NCBI GenBank assembly: GCA_965209085.1
Contig: OZ242376.1
Coordinates: forward strand, 672,001 to 736,000
From: Nitrosopumilaceae archaeon
GTDB lineage: Archaea; Thermoproteota; Nitrososphaeria; Nitrososphaerales; Nitrosopumilaceae
Length of the DNA: 64,000 nucleotides
Direction of reading: 5' to 3'
Below, in pieces: positions 31,301 to 46,300 of this stretch. Positions within the stretch are counted from its first letter, which is position 1. Every line of letters starts with the position of its first letter. The translations under genes were made by a program, and so were the position numbers. The notes under the pieces were generated by a model. That model saw only the letters and a program-made list of their open reading frames with translations, ran no database searches and had not been told where the DNA came from.

Positions 31301-34300
31301 ACTGGGATTAACCCCCGCCGTATCCATAAGCGGTGCAGATTTTAGTGCAACAATAACCGTACCTCCTGTACAAACTGAATCGTATGCAACCTTTGCAGCA
31401 GAGGTTGTAAACAATGATGGCGCAACCCTATCTGTGACAGAAAACGACGTACCACTAGCCTCCAACGTATTCATCGACACAATTGGACCTAGAATATCAC
31501 TCATCGGCGCCTCATCTTTTAATGTACCTTTGAATTCAACTGATCCGTTCATCCCTGGTGTAACCGTAACTGACGGGGACCCAAACTATCCTGATACCTT
31601 TACTACCACAATCATCGGCACTTTGGATACTAGTACTGTGGGATCTGTAATCTATACATATACTGCAGACTCTGATGCGGCAGGAAACTTGGGAGCTAGC
31701 ATCAACCGTACAGTAAGCGTAATAGATTATGATCCAATTAACATTACATCCCTGACTGTATCAAGTGATAATTCAAACGCCAGCGGCAATTATGCAAAGT
31801 CCGGCGATGTGATAACAATCACGCTTGTAACTGACGGATCTGATATTGGAAACGCAACAGGTAACATACAAGATGGCAACTTTACGTCAAATCCATTTGG
31901 CGGCAACATACTCTTCGAGAAAACCATTACAAATGATGATACAAACGGTAACCTCACATTTGACATATATGTGACAAATTCCACAGACCATGCAATCCGT
32001 ATAACACAAGATAATCTTACAGGTGAGAACCTTATCATAGATACAATACCGCCCCTGTTATACCTGTATGGTGCAAACAATACAGTATCTCCCCTTGGTG
32101 CCACATACGCCGATGATGGAGCATACTCGTACGATACATCATACGGCAAACAGAATGTATCAGGTACGGGTGCAGTTAATACAAACAGTGTTGCAGAATA
32201 TGTGATAACATATGCCGTATCGGATTGGGCAGGCAACCAAAGGCAAATAACAAGAACCATCAGCGTGGAAATACTGCCAGAGATCTCACTGACAAATCAG
32301 ATATACAGTTTCCTAGCATCCCCTACATCAAATGTAACAAAATCTGCAGCATATCCGCATCTAAAGGATCCGCGCAATCTTGAAATTGCCCAAATAGGCG
32401 GCACTACATACGCACTGGCAATAGGTTATGGCGGTAGTAGCATTACAATCTTGGACATTAGTTACCCGCAATCACCTAGTCTGGTATTTAGCGCAAATAC
32501 GAGCACTGCAAACTATGAAAACCTAAATGGCGTAATTGGCATATCTGTAATCCAAATACAATCTAAAACGTATGCAGTGACAGCATCATTGTTTTCCAAC
32601 AGTGTTACAATGATGGATATTACAAACCCTGCCTCACCTATTGTAACATCTAGCATTGTAAACGGCACAAATTACCCGTTCCTTGATGTACCGTATTCAG
32701 TCTCCACAGTCCATATAGATAACAACGCATATGCCCTGGTACCCTCGTATCCAAACAACTGGGTTGCAATTTTAGATATTACAAATCCTGCATCCCCCAT
32801 ACACGTGGGAGTCATGAAAAACGGCACAGACTATGCATTAAATGGCGTACAATACGTTACAACAGTAAACATTGATGGCTCAACGTATGTCCTAGCTGCG
32901 TCACGTAATGGAAATAATATTGCAATAATCAACATTAGCAATCCGGCATCCCCGGTCCAGGTGCATGTCATAAGTGATAGTAATGGTGTAGATTTGGAGC
33001 TATATCATGTTATTAGAATTGAGATTCTCCACCAAAATGGCCGCATATACGCCCTGGCAACAGGCGGTGATAATGGAGTGCAAATCATAGACATTACGCA
33101 TATAGAGTTGCCATTCCCCGTCTCAGCTGTACAAAACGAAAACGGATATCCGGCACTTGTCTTAGCGCAGGATATTGCAACAATACGTGTGGGAAATTCA
33201 ACATATGCCCTTGCACCATCCAAACCTGCCAATGCAGTACAAATCATCGATATTACAAATCCCCAATTGCCGCAACCAGTATCTGCCATAGGATCAAATA
33301 CGGATACATCATATCTTAACGATCCATATGCTATTGAAACTGTAACGATAAACGGCGATGCATACGCTGTTGTAACCTCACGTACAAGTAATGGCGTGCA
33401 AATCATAAAACTTGAACATGCGATAGAATCAATACCGTCGGCATTTTCAATTGCTAGCAACAACTCAAATAATGCGTACGCCAAAGCCGGAGATACAATT
33501 TCCATGCAACTTGCCGTAAACGATACCATATCCTCATATGCGGTGCAATTTGTAAACCCGTCAGTATCTGTCACTACAACCTCTGGTATAAACACGATAA
33601 ACGCACTAGTTACAATTCCAACTGTAAGCATACAAGGATATGCAAACTATACTGTTTCACTTGAAAACTCTCTCAAAGTAACGCTCAATCTGACACAAGA
33701 TGATATTATAGGCCAAAACGTGTTTGTTGATACAATACCTCCGGGAATAGAGTTGATTGGACCAGCACAGTATACAGTATTTGTAGGCACACAAAACCCA
33801 ACCATTCCAGGTGCCAAGGCACTAGATGAGAGTCCAGGTTATTCTGTATCAAATTATACTGTAGCATCAGACCCGCTTAATACAAGTAATATTGGAGATA
33901 CTGTCACATATACATACACAGCTAATGCTGATGCGGCAGGAAACTTGGGAGCTAGCATCAACCGCACAGTAACGGTGGTCGATTTTGATCCAATCATCTT
34001 CACATCACTGATCGTGAACAGTGACAATTCAAACTCTAGTTATGTAAAGTCTGGCGATGTGATAACAATCACGCTTGTAACTGACGGATCTGATATTGGA
34101 AACGCAACAGGTGACATACTTGGAGACAGCTTTACAGCATTTGCATCCGGCGGCAGCATATCCTTAACAAAGACTGTAACACAAAGTGATACAAACGGTA
34201 ACCTCACATTTGACATATATGTGACAAATTCCACAGACCATGCAATCCGTATAACACAAGATAATCTTACAGGCGAGAACCTTATCATAGATACCATACC

Positions 34301-37300
34301 GCCCCTGTTATACCTGTATGGTGCAAACAATACAGTATCTCCCCTTGGTGCCACATACGCCGATGATGGAGCATACTCGTACGATACATCATACGGCAAA
34401 CAGAATGTATCAGGTACGGGTGCAGTTAATACAAACAGTGTTGCAGAATATGTGATAACATATGCCGTATCGGATTGGGCAGGCAACCAAAGGCAAATAA
34501 CAAGAACCATCAGCGTGGAAATACTGCCAGAGATCTCACTGACAAATCAGATATACAGTTTCCTAGCATCCCCTACATCAAATGTAACAAAATCTGCAGC
34601 ATATCCGCATCTAAAGGATCCGCGCAATCTTGAAATTGCCCAAATAGGCGGCACTACATACGCACTGGCAATAGGTTATGGCGGTAGTAGCATTACAATC
34701 TTGGACATTAGTGACCCGCAATCACCTAGTCTGGTATTTAGCGCAAATACGAGCACTGCAAACTATGAAAACCTAAATGGCGTAATTGGCATATCTGTAA
34801 TCCAAATACAATCTAAAACGTATGCAGTGACAGCATCATTGTTTTCCAACAGTGTTACAATGATGGATATTACAAACCCTGCCTCACCTATTGTAACATC
34901 TAGCATTGTAAACGGCACAAATTACCCGTTCCTTAATGTACCGTATTCAGTCTCCACAGTCCATATAGATAACAACGCATATGCCCTGGTACCCTCGTAT
35001 CCAAACAACTGGGTTGCAATTTTAGATATTACAAATCCTGCATCCCCCATACACGTGGGAGTCATGAAAAACGGCACAGACTATGCATTAAATGGCGTAC
35101 AATACGTTACAACAGTAAACATTGATGGCTCAACGTATGTCCTAGCTGCGTCACGTAGTGGAAATAATATTGCAATAATCAACATTAGCAATCCGGCATC
35201 CCCGGTCCAGGTGCATGTCATAAGTGATAGTAATGGTGTAGATTTGGAGCTATATCATGTTATTAGAATTGAGATTCTCCACCAAAATGGCCGCATATAC
35301 GCCCTGGCAACAGGCGGTGATAGCGGAGTGCAAATCATAGACATTACGCATATGGAGTTGCCATTCCCCGTCTCAGCTGTACAAAACGAAAACGGATATC
35401 CGGCACTTGTCTTAGCGCGGGATATTGCAACAATACGTGTGGAAAATTCAACATATGCCCTTGCACCATCAGACTCTACCAATGCAGTACAAATCATCGA
35501 TATTACCAATCCCCAATTGCCGCAACCAGTATCTGCCATAGGATCAAATACGGATACATCATATCTTGCCGATCCATATGCTATTGAAACTGTAACGATA
35601 AACGGCGATGCATACGCTGTTGTAACCTCACGTACAAGTAATGGCGTGCAAATCATAAAACTTGAACATGCGATAGAATCAATACCGTCGGCATTTTCAA
35701 TTGCTAGCAACAACTCAAATAATGCGTACGCCAAAGCCGGAGATACAATTTCCATGCAACTTGCCGTAAACGATACCATATCCTCATATGCGGTGCAATT
35801 TGTAAACCCGTCAGTATCTGTCACTACAACCTCTGGTATAAACACGATAAACGCACTAGTTACAATTCCAACTGTAAGCATACAAGGATATGCAAACTAT
35901 ACTGTTTCACTTGAAAACTCTTTTGGAGTAGAGCTCAATCTGACACAAGATGATATTATAGGCCAAAACGTGTTTGTTGATACAATACCTCCAAGAATAG
36001 AGTTGATTGGACCAGCACAGTATACAGTATTTGTAGGCACACAAAACCCAACCATTCCAGGTGCCAAGGCACTAGATGAGAGTCCAGGTTATTCTGTATC
36101 AAATTATACTGTAACATTTGGCCCGCTTAATACAAGTAATATTGGAGATACTGTCACATATACATACACAGCTAATGCTGATGCGGCAGGAAACTTGGGA
36201 GCTAGCATCAACCGCACAGTAACGGTGGTCGATTTTGATCCAATCATCTTCACATCACTGATCGTGAACAGTGACAATTCAAACTCTAGTTATGTAAAGT
36301 CTGGCGATGTGATAACAATCACGCTTGTAACTGACGGATCTGATATTGGAAACGCAACAGGTGACATACTTGGAGACAGCTTTACAGCATTTGCATCCGG
36401 CGGCAGCATATCCTTAACAAAGACTGTAACACAAAGTGATACAAACGGCAACCTCACATTTGACATATATGTGACAAATTCCAGCGATTACGCAATCAGA
36501 GTTACACAAGATGACCTGACTAGTGGGAATATCATCATAGATACAACGGCGCCAAACATAACACTCAACGGTGCAAACAATACCGTATCCCTACTGAATC
36601 GTACGTATGCGGATAAAAATGCAACAGCATATGATCTCTCATACGGCTATAAAACCATCCTGCCAACAGGATCTGTGACCACAACTAGTGTGGGAAACTA
36701 TACCCTCACCTATACTGCACCTGATGATCCTGCAGGAAATCCAGGTAACACCATATCCCGTACTGTGATTGTTTCGGATGCGGCGCCGTTGGTGCTTGTA
36801 ACTAAATTTATCCACTCTCCGAGTGGAACACTAACAAGAGGTATTGATTTTCCAAACGCGATATTTACTAATAACATCAATCTGTTTGAAACAAGTGGTA
36901 AAACATATGTCTTGTTAGCGCATGGATCTAGCGGAGCATGGATTATTGCAGACGTTACAAATCCTGCATCACCTAGTGCAGTATTTAGTAATAACACTTT
37001 CGCATCTGCATACATAACATCAATCTTTACAATAGATAATAACCCATATGCCATAGCTGTAGGTAGTACCGGTACTACTCGTATAATTGACATTAGCTTA
37101 CCTGCATCCCCCTCTGTTATTGCAACACTTGTAAACGGCACAGAGTATCCGCGACTATACAATGCACTAGGCGTTACAACCGTAACAATAGGCGCCTCAA
37201 CTTTTGCACTGGTTGCATCAGGTAATCCTTCAAACGGCGTCCAAATCATAGACATTACAAACCCCCACAGCCCCTCACCTGTATCATACATCACCGATGA

Positions 37301-40300
37301 TACGGATGGTTATTTGGAACTAGGAGGCGCATTTGACATTACCACCGTAACTATAGGATCATCAGTTTATGCCTTGGTGGCATCCATCACTGATGATGGC
37401 GTCCAAATCATAAACATTACAGACCCATACAACCCATCAAATACATCAAGCGTAACAGACGGAAATGAAGGCTATGATAAACTAGATGGTGCATATGGCA
37501 TCACCACCGTAACTGTAGGATCATCAGTTTATGCCTTGGTGGCATCCTTTATTGATGATGGCGTCCAAATCATAAACATTACAGACCCATACAACCCATC
37601 AAATGCATCAAGTGCAACAGACGGAATAGGCGGCTATGATACACTAGATGGTCCAGACAGCATCACCACCGTAACTGTAGGATCATCAGTTTATGCCTTG
37701 GTGGTATCCATTTTTGATGAAGGCATCCAAACAATAGACATTACAAACCCCTACAACCCCAAACCTGCATATTCTTTCATAGATAATACTGATGGTTATG
37801 AAAATCTGAATCAACCACGAGATGTCATTACTGCAACCATAAATGGCGCAGCATATGCATTTATACCCGCAACTGAGGGTCTCCAAATAATAAAACTGGA
37901 ATCACCACCGGTTAACATAATTAGCAACAATACAAATCCAGCATATGCCAAAACAGGCGACACACTCACCATACAATTTACCATAAATGATACAATCTCA
38001 TCTCATACAAGCCAAATACTGGGATTAACCCCCGCCGTATCCATAAGCGGTGCAGATTTTAGTGCAACAATAACCGTACCTCCTGTACAAACTGAATCGT
38101 ATGCAACCTTTGCAGCAGAGGTTGTAAACAATGATGGCGCAACCCTATCTGTGACAGAAAACGACGTACCACTAGCCTCCAACGTATTCATCGACACAAT
38201 TGGACCTAGAATATCACTCATCGGCGCCTCATCTTTTACGGTAATTTTGAATTCAACTGATCCGTTCATCCCTGGTGCAATCATAACTGATGGGGACCCA
38301 AACTATCCGAATACCTTTACTATCACAATCAACGGCACTTTGGACACTGGCGTGATAAACTCTACAGTAACGTACACGTATACTGCTGCAGCAGATGGGG
38401 CAGGGAATGCCGGTTCTAGTGTAACACGAACAGTTACAGTGGTTGAGGCTGAACCAATTACAATCAACTCGCTGACTATTGCAAGCTCGTCAGGCACCAA
38501 TTATGCAAATGCAAACAAAACCATAACCGTCACACTTGCCACTGATGGTTCGGATCTTGGCAACTTTACTGGAACACTGCTTGGCAGATCATTTACAAAT
38601 ACTACAAACGGCGGCTCTGCTGAATTTACTGCCACTGTCGTATCCGGCGATGATGGAAATGCCACGTTTTCAATTACCGTGACAAACTCTAGTGGCAGCC
38701 AAATTTCAATAACAAATGCAAACATCACAGACGGCTCATATGTCACAATAGATACGATAAAACCCGTAATTGCCCTGACTGGAGGCAATGATTCTGTACT
38801 CCAGGGTGAGACATATCAGGATCCGGGCACCATAGTATCAGATAGTAACAATGCATCATATGCCGGTCCAGTATCTGCCTCATCAATTGACACCTCTACA
38901 CTTGGCGCAAAAACCATTACCTATACTGGCACAGCAGATGCGGCAGGTAACGAGCCGAATCAAATAACTAGAACAGTTACAGTATTGGCAAAACCTCTGG
39001 GTATAAATTCGCTGACAATTGAATCAAATAACAATGTAAACACCTCTTTTGCCAAAGACGGGGATGTGATTACAGTAACGCTTGTTGCAAACGGCACGAT
39101 TGGTAATGTTACAGGGGTAATTGCAGGCAATTCTGCTACATACACTGTCACCGGCAATAATGCATCAGCTACGGTAACAGTTGATGGAACCTTTACTGAT
39201 ACTGCCAGCGTCACATTTTCGATTACCGTATACAACGAGGATAATTCCACATTTAGAACATTTACAAATACAAATCTGACTGGATCAAATATTGCCATAG
39301 ATACAACTGCACCTAGTATAACATTAAACGGTGCAAACAACACCATTGTTATCATGAATCAACCATATGAGGATCCAAACGCCACAGCATCTGATACATC
39401 ATATGCAACAGGTAGCGTACAGGTATCCGGAGCTGGCAATGTAAATACCGCAATAGTTGGCAATTATACCCTCACCTATACTGCACCTGATGATTATGCA
39501 GGCAATACAGGACCTATCATAACACGGACTGTTATCGTACCGGATGCACCGACAATTAACATTACCAACTTTACCATAACATCTGACAATTCCAATACAT
39601 CATACGCTAAAGCCGGTGATACACTGACTCTAACGTTAAGTGTAAATGATACCATTACAAACTATACGGGTAAAATTCTAAATATTGCCCCTGATACTCA
39701 AACTCTTGGCAACAATGATCGTACATTCTCTCAAACTTTACTAGTTCCAACTAGTGCAACCGAATCATACGCCAACTTTACTGCTACGGTTGAAAATGTC
39801 AACGGAACAACACTGACTGTGACCGAAAACGATCTAACCGGTCCCAACGTATTTGTCGACACCATACCTCCAAACATAACCCTGATAGGACTTGCAGACA
39901 GTGACATAGTTTTAAACAGCGCATATACTGATCTAGGTGCCACTGCAAGAGACGGGGATCCAAACTATTCTGGCAATTATACCTCTACAATAAACGGCAC
40001 ATTTGGTACTGCAACACTTGGTGCAATCTACGAATACACGTATACAGCGGATGCTGATGCTGCAGGCAATCCTGGAGATAGCGTAAATAGAACTGTAACT
40101 GTAGTCAATCTCCCATTTGGACTGTACGACATACAATACAATCTTACAGTATACCCAATATACGACATACATGATAGTACGAGCGTCAACCCGACTGATT
40201 ATAACACATTAAAAGGTGCAATCGATTCAAGTATTGTACGGATAAACAATTCTATATACGTATTGGTTGCAGCATTCGTTGACGACGGCGTACAAATTAT

Positions 40301-43300
40301 AAATATCACAGATCCAGAATCTCCAGAATCAGTATATGATATAAATTCTGTTAATGGATTTGGAAACTTGGATCAAATTACAGACATTGTTACTACTCAA
40401 ATTGATGGTTTTACATACGCATTGACCATATCTAATGCCCTTAATGAAATTCAAATTATAAACATTACAAACATTTCATTACCTGTTTCACTGGACACCC
40501 TGCGTGATGATGCTAGTACCATACTTGATGACCCGCGCGGCATTGACGTTGCACAAATAGGAAATCACACATATGTGCTGGTGGCATCGAGTACTGATAA
40601 TGGCATACAAATCATAAACATCACAGATCCTACATCTTTGCAACCTGTATCTAACATAACTGACTCTGTTAACCTAAACTCTACATCAGCCGTTTCCATA
40701 GTCAAAATAGACGGCCACACATATGCCATAGTCGCCGCCCGTTATGCTAATGCCATACAAATCATAAACATTACAAATCCCAGCTCGCCGGACATTGTAT
40801 CTAATGCAACATATGCTGCAGGTTATGCGGGATTATCCGATGTATTTGATGTTGACACGATCAAAATAAATGGATTCACTTATGCGGTAACGACATCCAA
40901 GGGTAATAATGGAATTGAAATTATAAACATCACAGATCCTTTACTCCCTGCCCGTATTTCAAACATACCTAATCCTAGCGAATTTATATTTGGACACGAC
41001 ATTTCTACGATGCATCTAGATGGACTCTCGTATGTACTAGCATCGTCATTTAGGAACGATACTGTTGCAATATTGGACATATCAGATCCAACATCTCCAT
41101 TCATCGCGGCCAATATATCTGACGGGGAAGAATATCCTGGACTAGATGGTCCGCACAGCGTTATCCCAGTTGAAATAAATGGCTATTCATATGCTGTGGT
41201 GGCATCAGAATTTGACAATGGCGTACAAATTATACGCCTTGCACATAACACCACTGCCGTACAGCTGCCAAATTTCATTACCAACACCACTGCCGTACAG
41301 CTGCCAAATTTCATTACCAACACCAATGCCAACAGCTCGTATGCCAAAGCTGGCGATAATCTGACCATTCAAATAAATGCAAATTATGAGATAACCTCGC
41401 ACAATGTTACTATTTTAACTCCCGGATTAAATCATACAAATGTTAGCAATGGGGACCGTCTGAATGTATCAATAACAATACCTGACGACCCTCTGATAGA
41501 AAGCTACCTAAACTTTACAATTACAATTTCAAACTATAATTCATCACTTGTACTCACGCAAAACAATCTGACTGGAGGGGACATATTCATCGACAACATA
41601 CAGCCGACTATATCTTTGGTGAATTTTTCAAATTACACTGTACTTCGGAATGGCCTAAATCAGTCAATTCCGGGAGCTGTTGCAAATGACGGCAGCCCAG
41701 GATATGCGGGCAATTATACGGTAAAGACAAATGACACGCTTAATACAAGGATCTTGGATCACACTGTTCTTTACACGTATACAGCAGATGAGGATGCTGC
41801 AGGTAATCCTGGAGCAAGCATAGATAGAACGGTTACTGTAGTTAATCCATCAATTGGAGTGCACGACGTACAATATAATTTTACAGTATATCCTGTATCA
41901 GTTTTATTTGATGATAATCTGAATGCATTACAGGGCGTCAAAGATGTAAGCACTATAAAAATAAACGGTTCCACATATGCTTTGGTTACCGTATCTGGTG
42001 ACAACATCATACAAATTATCAACATTACCGACCCAGCATCTCCGGAAATTGTAACCGCGATAGCTAATACTGAAAATTTTGCGATTCGTACTTTTATTGA
42101 TGAAATTGTCACACTCCAAATTGATGGTTTTGCATATGCACTATATGCATCGTTTAATAATAATACATTACAAATTATAAACATTACAAATATTTCGTCT
42201 CCCAATACATTAAACGTCATACGCGATAATTCAACTTTGATCCTCAACCGCACTGGTCAAATTGACATCGCAATAATAGAAAATCATACGTATGCACTAG
42301 TAACATCACTTGAAGATAACGGTATTCAAATCATAAACATTACAAATCCTGAATTTCCTAGCATAACGTCTAACATAACTGGCCGTTTATTTGAAGAACC
42401 ATTTGCATTATCTGTAGTCAAAATAGATGACTACACATATGTTTTGACTGCCAATTTTCTCAGAGATAACATCCGTATCACAAACATCACCAATCCAAAA
42501 TTCCCTGAATTGGTAGGAGTGTATCCGAGTGTAATTGGTTATCACGGAATAGCTTCTATTGATTCGTATAATATAGATGGATCAACATATGCGGTAACAG
42601 GAGCATCCATTAGTAACAAAATTGAAATTATAAACATCACAAAACCATTATTCTATACGCATGATTTACAATTATTTGATGCCCCAGGTTACTTTTTGGA
42701 TATTAGCATAACACAACTAGATGGTCGTTCATACCTCATAGCATTATCGCCATATAATGACACCGTTACTATATTTGATATATCCGATCCGGAACTACCG
42801 TACGTTGCAGCTAGTATATCAGACGGATTAGAATACACAATACTGAATAAACCGTCTAGCCTTGACTTCTTTGAAATAAATGGCTATTCATATGCTTTGG
42901 TGACAGCAACAGATGACAACGGTATACAAATTATACGACTCGAGTATGCATCTAGTACCCCATTGCCAATTTTAATTACTAGTGATAACGCCAACAGCTC
43001 GTTTGCTAGAAGCGGCGATGTATTGACCGTCGAAATAAATGCAAACGACACCATAACCTCATATAATGCTGTAATTTTAGATCCTACGTTAAATACTACA
43101 GTTACATTAGTTGGGGAGAACCGCCTGATAGCATCAGTCATCGTACCGTTTGAGTATGCAGGAGGTAGCGCCACTTTTAACATTATAATTAGAAATCCTA
43201 CCTCGTCCTTTGCCGTAACTCAAAATGATCTTACAGGAAAAAATGTATTTATGGCCATTGCAGTGGTAAATTTGACAATATCTAGCAACAACCATGATCC

Positions 43301-46300
43301 ATCGTTTGCAAAGGTCGGAGATGTGATAGACATCACCCTGCAGGTAACAGCACAAATCCAAAATGCAACCCTGATAATTCTAAACAACACCATCAACATG
43401 AACGTAACAAATGATACAGCATCTGCAAACGTCACGATTCTGCAAAACTCTGTAAACGGACCTGTATCGTTTAACATTACTGCATATGATAATATCGGTA
43501 ACAGGTTTACCATAACGCAGGCCAATCTTACATCCAACAATGTTACAATCGATACAATCGATCCTCTTTTGGTAAACCTGACCATATACAGCGACAACTA
43601 CAACTCGTCGCTTGCAACCACGGGCAACACGCTAAACATTACAATTACTGCAAACGAGACCCTCTCTTTTGCAAACATTACGGTTCTAGGCAACACCCAT
43701 GTGATGAGTGTAAACGGCAGTACGGCAAATACAACCCTGACTGTAAATGACAGCCATGCAGAAGGACCTGTAACATTCAACATTACCGCATTTGATCTTG
43801 CAGGAAACAGCCTTGTAACAAACCAGACGCAGATAAACTCCTCAAATGTCACAATAGACAAAAGTACACCTGGCGTGAGCAATCTAACCGTATACAGCAG
43901 CAATCAGAATACGTCGCTTGCAAAGGCCGGAGATGTGATAAACATCACCCTGCGTGCATCTGAGCAAATCAACAATGTGACCCTGTCAATCCTCAACAGC
44001 ACCATTGCCATGAGCATAACAAACGATACTGCCACTGCAAACTATACGGTTGAACAAAATGACACAAACGGACCTGTATCATTTAGCATTACAGCATATG
44101 ATAACACTGGCAATACGCTTACCGTAACACAAAGCGACCTCACATCCGAGAATGTCATAACCGATACAATCAATCCGCAACTGGCAAACCTAACCATATA
44201 CAGCAGCAACCCTGATGCATCACTTGCAACCACAGGCGACACACTAAACATTACAATCACCGCAAACGAGGCACTACAGGGGGCAAACGTCACTGTTCTA
44301 AATGCCACATATGTGATGACCATAACCGGCACCTCAGCAAACATATCCCTGACGGTAAACCCTGCTCATCTGGATGGACAAGTCACCTTTAACATCACAA
44401 TCTTTGATCTTGCAGGAAACAGCCTGACGGCAAACCAGACAAATCTAAACTCCTCAAACGTCACAATTGACAGCACAAATCCACAGCTGACAAATCTAAC
44501 CGTATACAGCGGCAATCCGAATACATCGCTTGCAAAGGCCGGAGATGTGATAAACATCACCCTGCGTGCATCTGAGCAAATCAACAATGTGACCCTGTCA
44601 ATCCTCAACAGCACCATTGCCATGAGCATAACAAACGATACTGCCACTGCAAACTATACGGTTGCACAAAATGACACAAACGGACCTGTATCATTTAGCA
44701 TTGCAGCATATGATAACACTGGCAATACGCTTACCGTAACACAAAGCGACCTCACATCCGAGAATGTCATAACAGATACAATCAATCCGCAACTGGCAAA
44801 CCTAACCATATACAGCAGCAACCCTGATGCATCACTTGCAACCACAGGCGACACACTAAACATTACAATCACCGCAAACGAGGCACTACAGGGGGCAAAC
44901 GTCACTGTTCTAAATGCCACATATGTGATGACCATAAACGGCACCTCAGCAAACGTATCCCTGACGGTAAACCCTGCTCATCCGGATGGACAAGTCACCT
45001 TTAACATCACAGCCTTTGATCTTGCAGGAAACAGCCTTGTAACAAACCAGACGCAGCTAAACTCCTCAAATGTCACAATAGACAACACAAACCCCGAACT
45101 GACAAACCTGACCATATACAGCAGCAACCCTGATGCATCACTTGCAACCACAGGCGACACACTAAACATTACAATCACCGCAAACGAGGCACTACAGGGG
45201 GCAAATGTCACTGTTCTAAATGACACATATGTGATGACCATAAACGGCACCACGGCAAACGCATCCCTGACTGTAAATGCAAACAATACGGACGGACAAG
45301 TCACATTTAACATCACAGCATTTGATCTTGCAGGAAACAGCCTGACTGCAAACCAGACAAATCTAAACTCCTCAAACGTCACAATAGACAACACAAACCC
45401 CGAACTGACAAACCTGACCATATACAGCAGCAACTCTGATGCATCACTTGCAACCACAGGCGACACACTAAACATTACAATCACCGCAAACGAGGCACTA
45501 CAGGGGGCAAACGTCACTGTTCTAAATGCCACATATATGATGACCATAAACGGCACCACGGCAAACGCATCCCTGATTGTAAATGATACACATCCTGAAG
45601 GAATAGTGACCTTTAACATCACAGCATTTGATCTTGCAGGAAACAGCCTTGTAACAAACCAGACGCAGCTAAACTCATCAAACGTCACAATAGACAAAAG
45701 TATACCTGGCGTGAGCAATCTAACCGTATACAGTAGCAATCAGAATGCATCGTTTGCAAAGGCCGGAGATGTGATAAACATTACCCTGCGTGCATCAGAG
45801 CAAATCAACAATGTGACCCTGTCAATCCTCAACAGCGCCATCAACATGAGCATAACAAACGATACTGCCACTGCAAACTATACGGTTGAACAAAATGACA
45901 CAAACGGACCTGTATCATTTAACATTACAGCATATGATAATACTGGCAACAAGTTTATCGTAACACAAAGTAGCATTATAACCGGCAGCGTTACAATTGA
46001 TACAGCAGATCCGCAGCTGCAAACCCTGACCATATACAGCAGTAACTCTGATGCATCACTTGCAACCACAGGCGACACACTAAACATTACAATCACCGCA
46101 AACGAGGCACTACAGGGGGCAAACGTCACTGTTCTAAATGCCACATATGTGATGACCATAAACGGCACCACGGCAAACGCATCCCTGACTGTAAATGCAA
46201 ACAATACGGACGGACAAGTCACATTTAACATCACAGCATTTGATCTTGCAGGAAACAGCCTTGTAACAAACCAGACGCAGCTAAACTCCTCAAACGTCAC